A stretch of 64,000 nucleotides of DNA from assembly GCA_963781885.1 (NCBI GenBank), contig CAWAHW010000002.1:448001-512000 (forward strand). Direction: 5' to 3'. This DNA is from an uncultured Spirochaetota bacterium. GTDB lineage: Bacteria; Spirochaetota; Spirochaetia; SZUA-6; Fen-1364. The notes under the pieces were generated by a model, which ran no database searches, was not told where the DNA came from, and was given only the letters and a program-made list of their open reading frames with translations. Every line of letters starts with the position of its first letter. Positions within the stretch are counted from its first letter, which is position 1. The translations under genes were made by a program, and so were the position numbers. Shown here piece after piece: positions 28,074 through 38,046 of this stretch.

Positions 28074-28747
28074 GTAAGAAGAGACGCCATCGGCGCGCGC
28101 GGCATGCCGATGACAAGCAGGTTCGACGCGAGACGATTCTCGACGCCGCGCGCGGTTTGTTCGAGGAACGTCCCTTTGACGAAATCACCATGCAGGAGGT
28201 CGCGAAAGCGTGCGGCCTCGCCAAGGGAACGCTGTATCTGTACTTCGCCACCAAGGAGGAGTTATTCCTCGGCGTGAGCATGATCGCGCTGGGTGACTGG
28301 CTCGATGAGCTCGATGGGGCTTCTCTTCCCGACAGCGTGGGCCTCGTCCGGGCGATCACCTCCACGCTTCGAGAGCGGCGCCCGCTCCTGAGGATCCTCG
28401 CCATCCTGCACAGCGTGCTCGAACGCAATGTCGGTGTCGATGCCCTTCGCACTTTCAAGATCGGTCTGCTCGCCAGGCTTCGAAGGAGCGGCGGAAAGAT
28501 CGAGGCCGCGCTGGGGCTTTCGGCCGTCGGCGATGGCGCCCGGCTCCTGCTGCGGACGTACGCGATCATTCTGGGGCTTTATCAGATTGCCGCGCCCGGG
28601 CCACGGGTCGCGGAGGCGCTCTCGGGCGCAGAGCTCACGCCGCTGCGGCTCGACTATTTCGAAGAGCTCGAGCAGGTCCTCCTCGCATTGTTTGCCGGGT
28701 TGCAAGTGCGTTTCAGAGATCGAAAAGAAGGAGCAGATCATGCATGA
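28067..28747 (+). CDS. TetR family transcriptional regulator
   Basis: RRETILDAA..LF....FD.ITM..VA...GLAKGTLYLYF.TKEELF. Confidence 0.92.
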   Translation: MVSKKRRHRRARHADDKQVRRETILDAARGLFEERPFDEITMQEVAKACGLAKGTLYLYFATKEELFLGVSMIALGDWLDELDGASLPDSVGLVRAITSTLRERRPLLRILAILHSVLERNVGVDALRTFKIGLLARLRRSGGKIEAALGLSAVGDGARLLLRTYAIILGLYQIAAPGPRVAEALSGAELTPLRLDYFEELEQVLLALFAGLQVRFRDRKEGADHA

Positions 28748-29643
28748 GGGAAAGAAATCGCAGGATGTATCCAAGGTGGTGCTGGTGACCGGCTGCTCGT
28801 CGGGCATCGGGAAGGCCACGGCGCAAGCGTTCGTGCGGGCCGGGTGGACCGTCTACGCGACCGCGCGGAACGCCGCGACACTCTCCGACCTGGCTTCGGC
28901 GGGTTGCCGGACGATGACGCTGGACGTCACGAGTGAAGAGTCGATGCGCGGCGCGGTCCAAACAATAGAAGGCGCGCACGGCGCGGTGGGAGTCCTGGTC
29001 AACAACGCCGGCTGACAGCCAATCGGGAGCGCTGGAGACGATCGATCTCGAGCAGATCCGGCGCCAGTTCGAGACAAATGTCTTCGGGCTCTTGCGCCTC
29101 ACCCAACTGGTCCTGCCCGGCATGAGACGCCAGCGATGGGGCCGGGTCGTCAACGTCGGCTCCATCGCCGGAAAGTTGACGCTCCCCGGTGGCGGCGCCT
29201 ATCACGCGGCGAAGCACGCCGTGGAAGCGCTGTCTGACGCCCTGCGCTTCGAGCTGCGCGAGTTCGGCGTCGAGGTGGCGTTGATCGAGCCTGGTCTCAT
29301 CCGCACCAATTTTGCCGACACCGCGGCAACGAGCATCTTTGAAAAGCGGGCGGATCCCCCGACGGGCACCGGTCCGTACGACCGGTTCAACGAGTCGGTA
29401 TTCCGCGCCACCAGGAGCGCGTATGAGAAGGGCCTGCTGATCAGGCTCGGCGGCGGACCCGACGCGGTGGCAAAGGTCATCGTCCGAGGCGTCGCAAAGC
29501 GGCATCTGCGCCCGCGCACCGTGGTTACTGCCTCGGGGCGTCTCCTCCTCGCGATACGTCGATTCTCGTCGGACCGCCTGTGGGACTTCCTGATGAGTCG
29601 GAATTACGCGCCGCATCCGCGGCCGACCGGCGTCGGGACCTGA
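28740..29643 (+). CDS. SDR family oxidoreductase with a +1 frameshift near 29014 (probable sequence error)
   Basis: TGCSSGIG, NNAG, YHAAK (YxxxK); deleting one G restores NNAG-YSQSGALE. Confidence 0.85.
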
Positions 29644-29854
29644 TCGCCGAGCCCGCGCGAGACATGGCGGCCCGGCGCCGGGCGGCGGCTCCTTCAGGAG
29701 CGATTGCCCGGCAGGTTGCGGTTGTCATAGTCGAAGCGGTGCATTTGCAGCCACTCGTCGTAGCATGGCTGTCGTCTCGGCCGCGCCTTGGTATTGAACC
29801 TGCTGCGAGCCAGACGTATGCTTTAGAATCCGTTTTTGGGCTCAGGAGCATTTC

Positions 29855-30463
29855 ATGGACATTCTTCCAGAGCTTGTTGCCCGCCGCGCTCGATGCGGCA
29901 TTGCCGCAGACCCGCTGCCTGTCGAGCAGATACAGCGATTACTTTGTGCCGCCACCCTCGCGCCGTCCTGCGCCAATACCCAGCCGTGGCGTATTGTTGC
30001 CGTCACGGGCGAGCGCCTTTCGGCAGTTCGACAGGCATTGAGTGAAGGCAACAAATGGGCGACGAGAGCGCCTCTGATTATCGTGATGGCGACCAAACCG
30101 TCCCTGGACATGCGTCTGGAGGCGGGAAGGGACTACGCCTACTTCGATTTGGGCATGGCGGCTCTTGCCCTCATGCTGCAAGCCACGCGTGAAGGTCTCT
30201 ATGCCCATCCCATCGCGGGCTACACTCCGTCGAAAGTGGCAAAGGCAGCAGGGCTTCCAGAAGATTTTGTTCCGCTTAGCCTCGTCATCGTAGGAAAGCC
30301 GGGAGACGACGCCCTTCTGAACGAGGGCCAAAGACTGCGCGAGCACGCCTCGCGTCAGCGCAAGGGCTTGGAAGAGGTCGCCTTTAGCGACTCATGGGAA
30401 AAGGCGTGGGGAATATCGGACTTAGGGCATCTGCTCGATCAACAGGGACTGCCCCGACCGTAG
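29855..30463 (+). CDS. Nitroreductase family protein
   Basis: LAPSCANTQPWR, DLGMA...LMLQA...GL..HPIAG. Confidence 0.9.
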   Translation: MDILPELVARRARCGIAADPLPVEQIQRLLCAATLAPSCANTQPWRIVAVTGERLSAVRQALSEGNKWATRAPLIIVMATKPSLDMRLEAGRDYAYFDLGMAALALMLQATREGLYAHPIAGYTPSKVAKAAGLPEDFVPLSLVIVGKPGDDALLNEGQRLREHASRQRKGLEEVAFSDSWEKAWGISDLGHLLDQQGLPRP

Positions 30464-30491
30464 ACACCGAAGAAAGCACCTGTTCGCACCC

Positions 30492-31730
30492 TCAGGCGTG
30501 CTGCCGTCTGTTTCTTTTTTCGATATTCGGGAGGAGACCCGCTATCATCCCCAGCAGAGGCAGGAATGCCGTAAGCCGATAGACATGGGTAATGCTCGTC
30601 AAGTCGGCGAGCTTCCCAAGCGCCGCAGAGCCCAGCGCACCCATCCCGAACGCAAAACCAAAGAACAGCCCCGCGATCATGCCAACGTTGCCCGGGATAA
30701 GCTCTTGAGCGTACACGAGGATTGCTGAAAAAGCCGAGGCAAGAATGACGCCGATAAAGACCGATAGCACGGTTGTTCCCGTCAGTCCTGCGTGAGGAAG
30801 CAGAAGGGTAAGAGGCGCCACACCCAGGATTGAGATCCAAATGACGTACTTGCGCCCGATGCGGTCTCCCACGGGGCCTCCAATGAGTGTTCCCGCGGCG
30901 ACAGCAAACTGAAACAGGAAGAGACGAAGCTGTGCGCTCTTTATCGACAAGCTGAACTTTTGGATGAGGTAGAACGTGAAATAGCTGTTGATGCTCGCCA
31001 GGTAAAAATACTTGGAAAAAATCAATACGAGCAAAATGCCCACGGTGAATGCCACTGTGGATCGCGCCAGCCGGGGGCTGCTCCCCATGACTTTCCCTGT
31101 TGCCGAAGCGTGGATGCGATGAGTATTGGCGGCGTACCACTTGCCTACCTGAGTCAAAAGCACCATGCCCACCACCGCAAGAGGTATGAACCAGAGAACC
31201 CGCGACCTGCCTTTCTCGGCAATGATCAGCGCGGCAAGAAGAGGCCCGAGAGCGGATCCGGCGTTGCCTCCGACCTGAAAGAATGACTGGGCGAACCCGC
31301 GCCGGGCGCCCGCGGCCATATGGGCGACCCGGGATGATTCGGGATGGAACACCGAGGAACCGACGCCGACGAGCGATACCGAAAACAGCAGCATTCCAAA
31401 GCTCTGAGCAAATGACAGGAGCGCCAGCCCCATCAAGGTGAAGCCCATCCCGACGGCCAGTGAAAATGGCAGATGATGCCGATCGGTAAACGCACCGACA
31501 ATCGGCTGGAGCAGGGATGCCGTAATCTGGTTCACAAAAGTGACCAGCCCTATCTGTGCAAAATCCAGCTGGAAAGACTCCTTGATGATCGGATAACTCG
31601 CTGGTATCAAAGACTGCAGAGAATCGTTGATCAAATGGGAAATACTGATGGCGATGAGGATGGGAAGCACGGTACCGTGAGAGGAAGTGCTTTCGGAGGT
31701 GCTCGCCTTGTTTGCGTCGGGAGACGTCAT
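30492..31730 (-). CDS. fsr: MFS transporter, fosmidomycin-resistance (Fsr) family
   Basis: SHLIND..QSL, SLLQP.VG..TD, FHPESSR, AQSFFQVGGNAG, GGPVGDRIGRK. Confidence 0.88.
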   Translation of the reverse strand: MTSPDANKASTSESTSSHGTVLPILIAISISHLINDSLQSLIPASYPIIKESFQLDFAQIGLVTFVNQITASLLQPIVGAFTDRHHLPFSLAVGMGFTLMGLALLSFAQSFGMLLFSVSLVGVGSSVFHPESSRVAHMAAGARRGFAQSFFQVGGNAGSALGPLLAALIIAEKGRSRVLWFIPLAVVGMVLLTQVGKWYAANTHRIHASATGKVMGSSPRLARSTVAFTVGILLVLIFSKYFYLASINSYFTFYLIQKFSLSIKSAQLRLFLFQFAVAAGTLIGGPVGDRIGRKYVIWISILGVAPLTLLLPHAGLTGTTVLSVFIGVILASAFSAILVYAQELIPGNVGMIAGLFFGFAFGMGALGSAALGKLADLTSITHVYRLTAFLPLLGMIAGLLPNIEKRNRRQHA

Positions 31731-32067
31731 ATGCTTCTGGTGCTCCAGTTCAAATAGTTGTGTCCGCCGCTGCTCCTCGTCCTTCTCCCCGAGCATGTAA
31801 GAGGATCGCCTCGTCGCCGACGGCCATCCGCTCAGCGTCCTTCAGGTTCGCCAGCGTCATCGACAAAGCTGCAAAAAAAGCGAGAGACGGTCAAGGAAGC
31901 CCCGGGCCCTCATCGACGGAGAAATCGCGGGATGAGCCTCGGTCAAACGCGCCGAAAAAGGATGCGGGCGGCCGATATGCGCTCGTCGTCCTGGTCTTGC
32001 CACGGGAAGGAGGCGCCTTCCGAAACTCGCAAAGCATTCGATATGCTTCGAACACGGAGGTCCTCCG

Positions 32068-33915
32068 GTGCCGACGTTCGAGTCTTTCCCCCTGGCTGAT
32101 ATCGAGCTGCGCGATGCCGAGCTGTTGCAGAAGCGTGAGTCCGATCGCATCTATCTGCTCAAGCTCTCGAGCGACAACCTTCTCAGGCCCTATAGGTTCG
32201 AGGCTGGACTCTGGTCAGAGGCGGGGAAGCCCGAGGGAATCCACTGGGGCTGGGAATCGCCTACAAGCCAGTTGCGCGGCCACTTTTTGGGTCACTGGCT
32301 TTCTGCGGCTTCAATATACGCTGCCGCGACGGGCAATCGCGAGATGCGGGGAAAAGCGGAAGCCATTGTCGACGGCCTCGCGCTCTGCCAGGAGGCGAAT
32401 GGCGGCGAGTGGCTCGGCTCCATTCCCGAGAAGTATCTCAAGCTCATCGCCGCCGGTCGCCTGGTTTGGGCGCCGCACTACACTGTCCATAAGACCTTCA
32501 TGGGCCTCATGGATGCCTACCGCTACCTGGGATATTCCAAGGCTCTCGATCTCGCGGAGAATTGGGCGAGATGGTTCCATCGGTGGACTTCGTCCTTCTC
32601 GAAAGAGACGATGGATTCGATCATGGACATCGAGACCGGAGGCATGCTCGAGATCTGGGCGGAGCTTTTCGGCGTTGCGGGCAAGGCCGAATACCGCGAG
32701 CTCATGGACCGTTACACGCGCCGCAGCCTCTTCCATGCCCTCCTCGGGGGATCTGACCCGCTTTCCAACATGCACGCAAACACGACCATTCCTGAAATCC
32801 TCGGCGCGGCACGCGCCTACGAGGTCACGGGTGAGGAGTCCTGGCTCGACATCGTAAAGGCATACTGGGAGCTGGCGGCAGAGAGACTGCCGCGCCACAT
32901 CACGGGCGGAAGCACTGCTGGCGAGATATGGGTGCCCAAGGGACGGCTTCCCCATCGCCTCGGCGACAAGAATCAGGAGCTTTGCACCGTCTACAACATG
33001 ATGCGCCTCGCGGAGTTTCTTCTCAGGCACACGGGCGAGGCGCGTTATGCCGACTACTGGGAGCGAAACCTGCGCAATGGGGTCCTCGCGCAGGGTTTCT
33101 GGCAGGGCAGGCTCACGCACGGAGCGGCGGTCGATCATCCCCTTTCCGGGCTCGTGTCATACTTCCTTCCCTTGCGCCCCGGCTCGGTGAAGCTCTGGGC
33201 TTCCGAAACCGATCACTTCTTCTGCTGCCACGGATCCAACGTGCAGGCGAACGCGGCGCATACGGGGGGCATCTACTACAAGACAGGCCCGGGGCTCGCC
33301 ATCTGTCAGCTGATCGAGTCACGCCTTTCGTGGGATCGCGAAGGCGAAAGAGCCACTGTCGAGATCCGGCGCGTCGACCTCACGGGCGGCATGACACGGA
33401 TAGACGGCGTCGCTGTCGGCAATCCCGCCCCTCCCGACCGCCATGCCTTCGATGTCTTGGTATCCTGCCCACGCGCGACCGTGTTCGAGCTGTCGATCAG
33501 GCTGCCGTGGTGGCTCGCGGGCAAGGCGAAGCTGATGGTGAACGGCGAGGAGCTCCGGATCGAGACGAATCCCGCGTCCTTCCTCAAGATGCAGCGTACG
33601 TGGAAGGATGATCGAATCAGGATTGAGCTTCCCAAGCGCCTCGCTTCCGAGCGCCTGGCCGGCTCAGGCGATCTGTACGCATTCATGGACGGCCCTGATG
33701 TCCTCGCCGGCCTCTGCTCCGCGGAACGCACGCTCTACTGCGACGACCCCACGGCGCCGGAGAGGAACCTGGTCTCCGACGATGAGAGGGAATGGAGCAG
33801 ATGGACGCAGGGCTTCAAGACTCGCGGCCAGGATCCAGGCATCCGCTTCATCCCCCTTCGCGAGATCGGATACGAGAGCTATTCGGTTTATTTCCCCGTT
33901 GCGCCGCGTCGGTGA
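32068..33915 (+). CDS. GH127/GH146 beta-L-arabinofuranosidase family glycoside hydrolase
   Basis: GHFLGHWLSA, HANTTIP, QELCTVYNM, FFCCHGS. Confidence 0.88.
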   Translation: MPTFESFPLADIELRDAELLQKRESDRIYLLKLSSDNLLRPYRFEAGLWSEAGKPEGIHWGWESPTSQLRGHFLGHWLSAASIYAAATGNREMRGKAEAIVDGLALCQEANGGEWLGSIPEKYLKLIAAGRLVWAPHYTVHKTFMGLMDAYRYLGYSKALDLAENWARWFHRWTSSFSKETMDSIMDIETGGMLEIWAELFGVAGKAEYRELMDRYTRRSLFHALLGGSDPLSNMHANTTIPEILGAARAYEVTGEESWLDIVKAYWELAAERLPRHITGGSTAGEIWVPKGRLPHRLGDKNQELCTVYNMMRLAEFLLRHTGEARYADYWERNLRNGVLAQGFWQGRLTHGAAVDHPLSGLVSYFLPLRPGSVKLWASETDHFFCCHGSNVQANAAHTGGIYYKTGPGLAICQLIESRLSWDREGERATVEIRRVDLTGGMTRIDGVAVGNPAPPDRHAFDVLVSCPRATVFELSIRLPWWLAGKAKLMVNGEELRIETNPASFLKMQRTWKDDRIRIELPKRLASERLAGSGDLYAFMDGPDVLAGLCSAERTLYCDDPTAPERNLVSDDEREWSRWTQGFKTRGQDPGIRFIPLREIGYESYSVYFPVAPRR

Positions 33916-33933
33916 AGCAGCGGGATGGCGCCC

Positions 33934-35355
33934 TCACTGTCCCGCGACGGGGGTGGCTGGCTGGGAAGCGGGGCCTCCTTGATACCTCCTGCGATACACG
34001 CCGACCATGATGGCGTTGAGCAGCAAGCTGCATGCCAGCATGAATACAAAAATCGCGCCCAGGACGACTTGTCCAGCGGCGGGATTCACGTTTGCCATGC
34101 TGAGGATATTACGCAGGGCTTCGACGAAGAATGCCCCCACGATAATGCCAAATACATTTCCGTACCTCATCCCAGGATACATCCCGGCAAACACCACTGC
34201 CAGAAGCACGTCGTAGAGGTAATTCGTTCCAATGGTTGGCACTCCAGCGCGGATATAAAAAACCAGCCAGATGCCGACAAATCCCGCTGCCAGGCTTGAG
34301 ATCAGAAAAGGGACGCCGATTTCGCACGCTCGTCCAAAGGCCGACTGTTTCTGAGCACTCTTGCCCTTCGCTCGGGGGCCAAATGCAGGGTACTGGATCC
34401 ACAGGATGAGGAGTACTGCGAAAATCACCAGCAGCACCCATCCAAAATATCTTGTGCCTGCTCCGCTCCAATCGCTATTAAAGACTTGGGTGGTGCCATT
34501 GGAGATCGCAATGGATGCCCCAAGTGCCATGAAGCCTGTTGCAAGTGAAATCAAAAAACCGGGCAGCCCCGCACCGCCTACCATAAGGCCGTTGACCAGG
34601 CCTATGACGAGCGCGACGCCCAAAGCGAGAACGATGGGTGCCGCGGGGCTGCCAGCATTTTGCATTGTAGCAGCCATGAGTACTCCGGAAAGACTGATCA
34701 CGCCTCCGATGGAAAGGTCAACTCCTCCGTTGCTGAATATCAGCGCCATGGGAAATGCCATGAGGCAAATGGGCAGGAATTGCGTCAAGACGTTGTGCAT
34801 GTTTCGTGCGCTGAAAAACAGTGGGCTGACAGCGAGGCCACAAATCAGCAGGACCACGAGGACAAACGCTGCGAACATCAGGCTTATCCAGGAGCTCATG
34901 GCCCGCCATTTGGGGTTTTCCAGGAATCCAGGAACTCGTGAGTTCTCGATCGATAACGACAGCCGCGCGTGCCGGAAAAGCGCGTTGGGACTGATCCATG
35001 TCGACGTGGCGACAGAATGAAAGGAGGTTTCCGCTGGCTCTGCATCCGAAGCGTGAACCGTTTGTGCAGCCGCGTCTGGCACAGAGGGAGAATGCTTCTC
35101 CGCCTTCACTTGGTCGAGCACCCTTTTTGCTCCAAAGATCGCGAGCAACCCAAGGGGGACAAAGAAAACTGCCCCGATGATGACAAGAATGGCACCCGCC
35201 CTTTTTGGACCGGTGGCGATCATAATCATCCCTGCCAGGGAGATGCCGACAGCGATCAGCGCGATGACGAGAATCCCGATGTAATCCTTTGCCAGGCTGT
35301 ACGCGATTCCCACCAACGCGTTGAGAATGACTCCAACGATCATGAGAGCATTCAT
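33934..35355 (-). CDS. RbsC-like sugar ABC permease with an extra N-terminal membrane domain
   Basis: GGVDLSIG, GLVNG.MV...LP.FLISLAT pattern in the C-terminal ~320 aa; hydrophobic N-terminal ~80 aa. Confidence 0.7.
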   Translation of the reverse strand: MNALMIVGVILNALVGIAYSLAKDYIGILVIALIAVGISLAGMIMIATGPKRAGAILVIIGAVFFVPLGLLAIFGAKRVLDQVKAEKHSPSVPDAAAQTVHASDAEPAETSFHSVATSTWISPNALFRHARLSLSIENSRVPGFLENPKWRAMSSWISLMFAAFVLVVLLICGLAVSPLFFSARNMHNVLTQFLPICLMAFPMALIFSNGGVDLSIGGVISLSGVLMAATMQNAGSPAAPIVLALGVALVIGLVNGLMVGGAGLPGFLISLATGFMALGASIAISNGTTQVFNSDWSGAGTRYFGWVLLVIFAVLLILWIQYPAFGPRAKGKSAQKQSAFGRACEIGVPFLISSLAAGFVGIWLVFYIRAGVPTIGTNYLYDVLLAVVFAGMYPGMRYGNVFGIIVGAFFVEALRNILSMANVNPAAGQVVLGAIFVFMLACSLLLNAIMVGVYRRRYQGGPASQPATPVAGQ

Positions 35356-35968
35356 GTTTCAATCTCCTTTTCAGTTTGCAGGCAACAATGCAGGCCGGTA
35401 CCTTTTTCTCTCCCTCATGATGCGATTTGCGATCTTGCGCTTGACGTTGAATTTCAGTGGCATCGCCCGCGCACTGTTTGTCTGTCCTGCATCTTAGTCA
35501 CTTCAATCCGGGAGTCAAGAGATATTTCAACGGAGTATCGTGCCCATATTAGGCGCTCCGGGGCATGGACACTGTCGACTCAACAAGTGATGGCGCACCT
35601 CGCCCGTGACCGCATGACATTTTTTGCTTCGTCAGCCCCGCGACGATCTCGATCGGCGCATCGAGGTGATCGGAAGCTGCTGGTGGCGGTCGGCAACTGA
35701 TGATAGTCAATGCGCCCCGTCATCGCTCACGCCCCCGCTTTCCGATTTCTTATTCTTGACCGCGGGTGTATGCTCTCCTGTCCGCCTTCGTCGACGCGGG
35801 CTGTTTGTTCCCGGAGAGCTTCTCCTTGCCATTGTTCCGTTGCGCTTCTTACTAGGGAGCGGGGACTAAACGCGCTTATCACTTACCACCAAGTGGGGCG
35901 GAGTCGAGGATCCGGAGGAATTGGTGAAAAAGAGTGCCGCGCGCATCAACATCTTTTGGGGGTAGAAT

Positions 35969-36817
35969 ATGGTTTGCGCTCGTCGATCGATCGTCTCCAT
36001 TGGATTCTTGTTTCTGGCCGCGGCGAGCATTGTCGCCCAAGACAAGCCTGCCGCGCCTCCCTATCCCTCCGCCGATACCTATGAAGCCTACGTTCAGTAC
36101 GTGCACGGCGTGTTGGGAACCCGGTCGACAACGGCGTTGTTTGACTGGGAACCTTTCGAGTGCCTCATGCAGGCAAAACGCTACGAGGGTGTATATCAGC
36201 TCGCGAAGGCGCTCCACGATACGGCGCCGGAAACCAAGTACTGCCTGGGTGGCTGGCGGTTTATCAACCCGATAAACCTTGCCTATGAAGCCGGTCAATT
36301 CGACCTGGTCAAGAGACTGCTCGCCCTGGATCGGGAGTTGGTCCGCATGTCTGACTGCGATGCCGAGACTTTCTATCTGGAGCCCGTTGCGACCGCCGTT
36401 GTCCACAACGACACTCTCTGGGTTCAGGCCTTTTTGGACGCGGGAGCAGACATCAATACGGATCGCGTGAAGAGCTCACGCAATGGGACGTACCCCGCCA
36501 ACCTCTTCACGGTATCGCCCAGCAAAGGAATGGACGCCTTCTTGCTTTCCAAGCACGTTGCAACCGTGTACACCCTGGAGAACCCCCAGGACGGTAGCTG
36601 CAATGACGACAACGTCAGGTTGAGATCGGATCCCGGCCTCCAAGGGACGGTTCTTGGCAAATTGATGAAAGGCGACAGTTTCAAAGTCCTCGCCACGACC
36701 TACAAGCGTGACAGTATCGACGGTGTTGAGGCCTGCTGGGTGAAGATATCCTTCAAGAGCCAAGTAGGCTGGATCTTCCAATCATTCGTGGCGTGCGACT
36801 ATTTCGACCTCCCGTAA
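35969..36817 (+). CDS. Secreted protein with ankyrin-like segments and a C-terminal bacterial SH3 domain
   Basis: Signal peptide; FLDAGADIN; NVRLRSDP....VLG.L.KG...WVKI....VGWIF. Confidence 0.7.
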   Translation: MVCARRSIVSIGFLFLAAASIVAQDKPAAPPYPSADTYEAYVQYVHGVLGTRSTTALFDWEPFECLMQAKRYEGVYQLAKALHDTAPETKYCLGGWRFINPINLAYEAGQFDLVKRLLALDRELVRMSDCDAETFYLEPVATAVVHNDTLWVQAFLDAGADINTDRVKSSRNGTYPANLFTVSPSKGMDAFLLSKHVATVYTLENPQDGSCNDDNVRLRSDPGLQGTVLGKLMKGDSFKVLATTYKRDSIDGVEACWVKISFKSQVGWIFQSFVACDYFDLP

Positions 36818-36896
36818 AGAAATACGACCAGCTGCGGAAATAACCCGGCCCGATCGCGGTGGTCTGCGCGCACCGGGTCACCGTGCCAGATTTTTC

Positions 36897-36953
36897 TTGA
36901 CAACTGCCAATGTTGAGCCTAAAATCGTTCAATCGATTCAATGAATCGATTAA
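36897..36953 (+). promoter_or_regulatory. Sigma70 promoter plus tandem LacI-type operators
   Basis: TTGACA(36897)-17nt-TAAAAT(36920); perfect AATCGATTCA-A-TGAATCGATT inverted repeat at 36931-36951. Confidence 0.8.
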
Positions 36954-36957
36954 ATAG

Positions 36958-38046
36958 GTGAGCAAAGTGGGAAAGTCGGAGCGCAAGGCCGTCACGGTCA
37001 AGGACGTTGCTGAGCAGGCGGGAGTATCAACGACTCTTGTCTCCTACATCATCAATGCACGGCCGATCTCCATCCCACAGGAGACAAGAGAAAGAGTCCT
37101 CAACGCAATCAGCGAGCTGGACTACGTTCCGAGCGCAACCGCTCGCGGGCTTCGAAACAAGAAAACGCACGTCATTGCCCAGCTCCTCCTGCACTACGAG
37201 CCCCAGGACATGTTCGCCGATCCCTGCCTGGCAGGGAAGACCTCCGGGCTCATCGATTACCTCGCGCTTCGGGGCTACTACCACCTCACGTATCCCGTGC
37301 CAGACGGCGAGCGGCACGCGGAGGATCTCGTCGCATTTGTGAAAAGTCACCGCGTGGACGGCATCGTCGTTGAAAATCCGTTGATCGACGATCCCATCAT
37401 CGAGCGAATCGCCGAGGTGCGCGTGCCTCTCGTCGTCTACAACCACGCGGCCTTGCCGTTCGCGCGGTGCGCGGTCGTAAACGTGGACGACGAGGCGGGC
37501 ATCCGGCTCTCGACGACGCACGTCATCGACCTGGGGCATACGCGGATCGGGCATCTCAAGGGAAACCCGAAGTCGCTGGCCGATCGGGATCGCATCGAAA
37601 CCTTCACGACGGTGCTTCAGGAGCGCGGGCTCACGGTGCATCCGGAATGGATCCGCGGTGACGGCTCCTGCTCCACCGAGGACGGCTTTCGCTCAATGGG
37701 AGAAATCCTCGATCTTCCCGAGCGGCCCACGGCAATGACTGCGACGAGCGATCTTCTGGCAATGGGCGCCCTGCGGCAGATACGCTCACGGGGGCTGCGG
37801 GTTCCCGAAGACGTTGCTCTCATCGGGTTCGACGACATCCCCGCCTCATCGATGCTCACCCCGCCTCTCTCCACAATCGCGCTCTCCTACCGGCGGTTGG
37901 GTGAGCTTGCCGGCGAGCAGATGATCAGGCTGATCGAGGATCCCTCCCGGCTGCTCCCCGCTGTGAGCGTTCCCGTCCGTCTCGTGCCGAGGGCCTCCAC
38001 GGTGCGCGGGGGCGTGGAATCGGCCGGACCAGAAAGGAAAGAATGA
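36958..38046 (+). CDS. LacI family transcriptional regulator
   Basis: VTVKDVAEQAGVS..LVS, VPEDVALIGFDD, PPLSTI. Confidence 0.95.
   Translation: MSKVGKSERKAVTVKDVAEQAGVSTTLVSYIINARPISIPQETRERVLNAISELDYVPSATARGLRNKKTHVIAQLLLHYEPQDMFADPCLAGKTSGLIDYLALRGYYHLTYPVPDGERHAEDLVAFVKSHRVDGIVVENPLIDDPIIERIAEVRVPLVVYNHAALPFARCAVVNVDDEAGIRLSTTHVIDLGHTRIGHLKGNPKSLADRDRIETFTTVLQERGLTVHPEWIRGDGSCSTEDGFRSMGEILDLPERPTAMTATSDLLAMGALRQIRSRGLRVPEDVALIGFDDIPASSMLTPPLSTIALSYRRLGELAGEQMIRLIEDPSRLLPAVSVPVRLVPRASTVRGGVESAGPERKE

Noticed and set aside
29013-29015. Selenocysteine UGA read-through in the SDR gene (tempting given yqeB/yqeC)
   Set aside because: The downstream SDR sequence is in a different frame; a single extra G explains the TGA
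35636-35700. Possible polyphosphate kinase remnant (DLDRRIEV)
   Set aside because: Only a short peptide resemblance with no supporting flanking similarity
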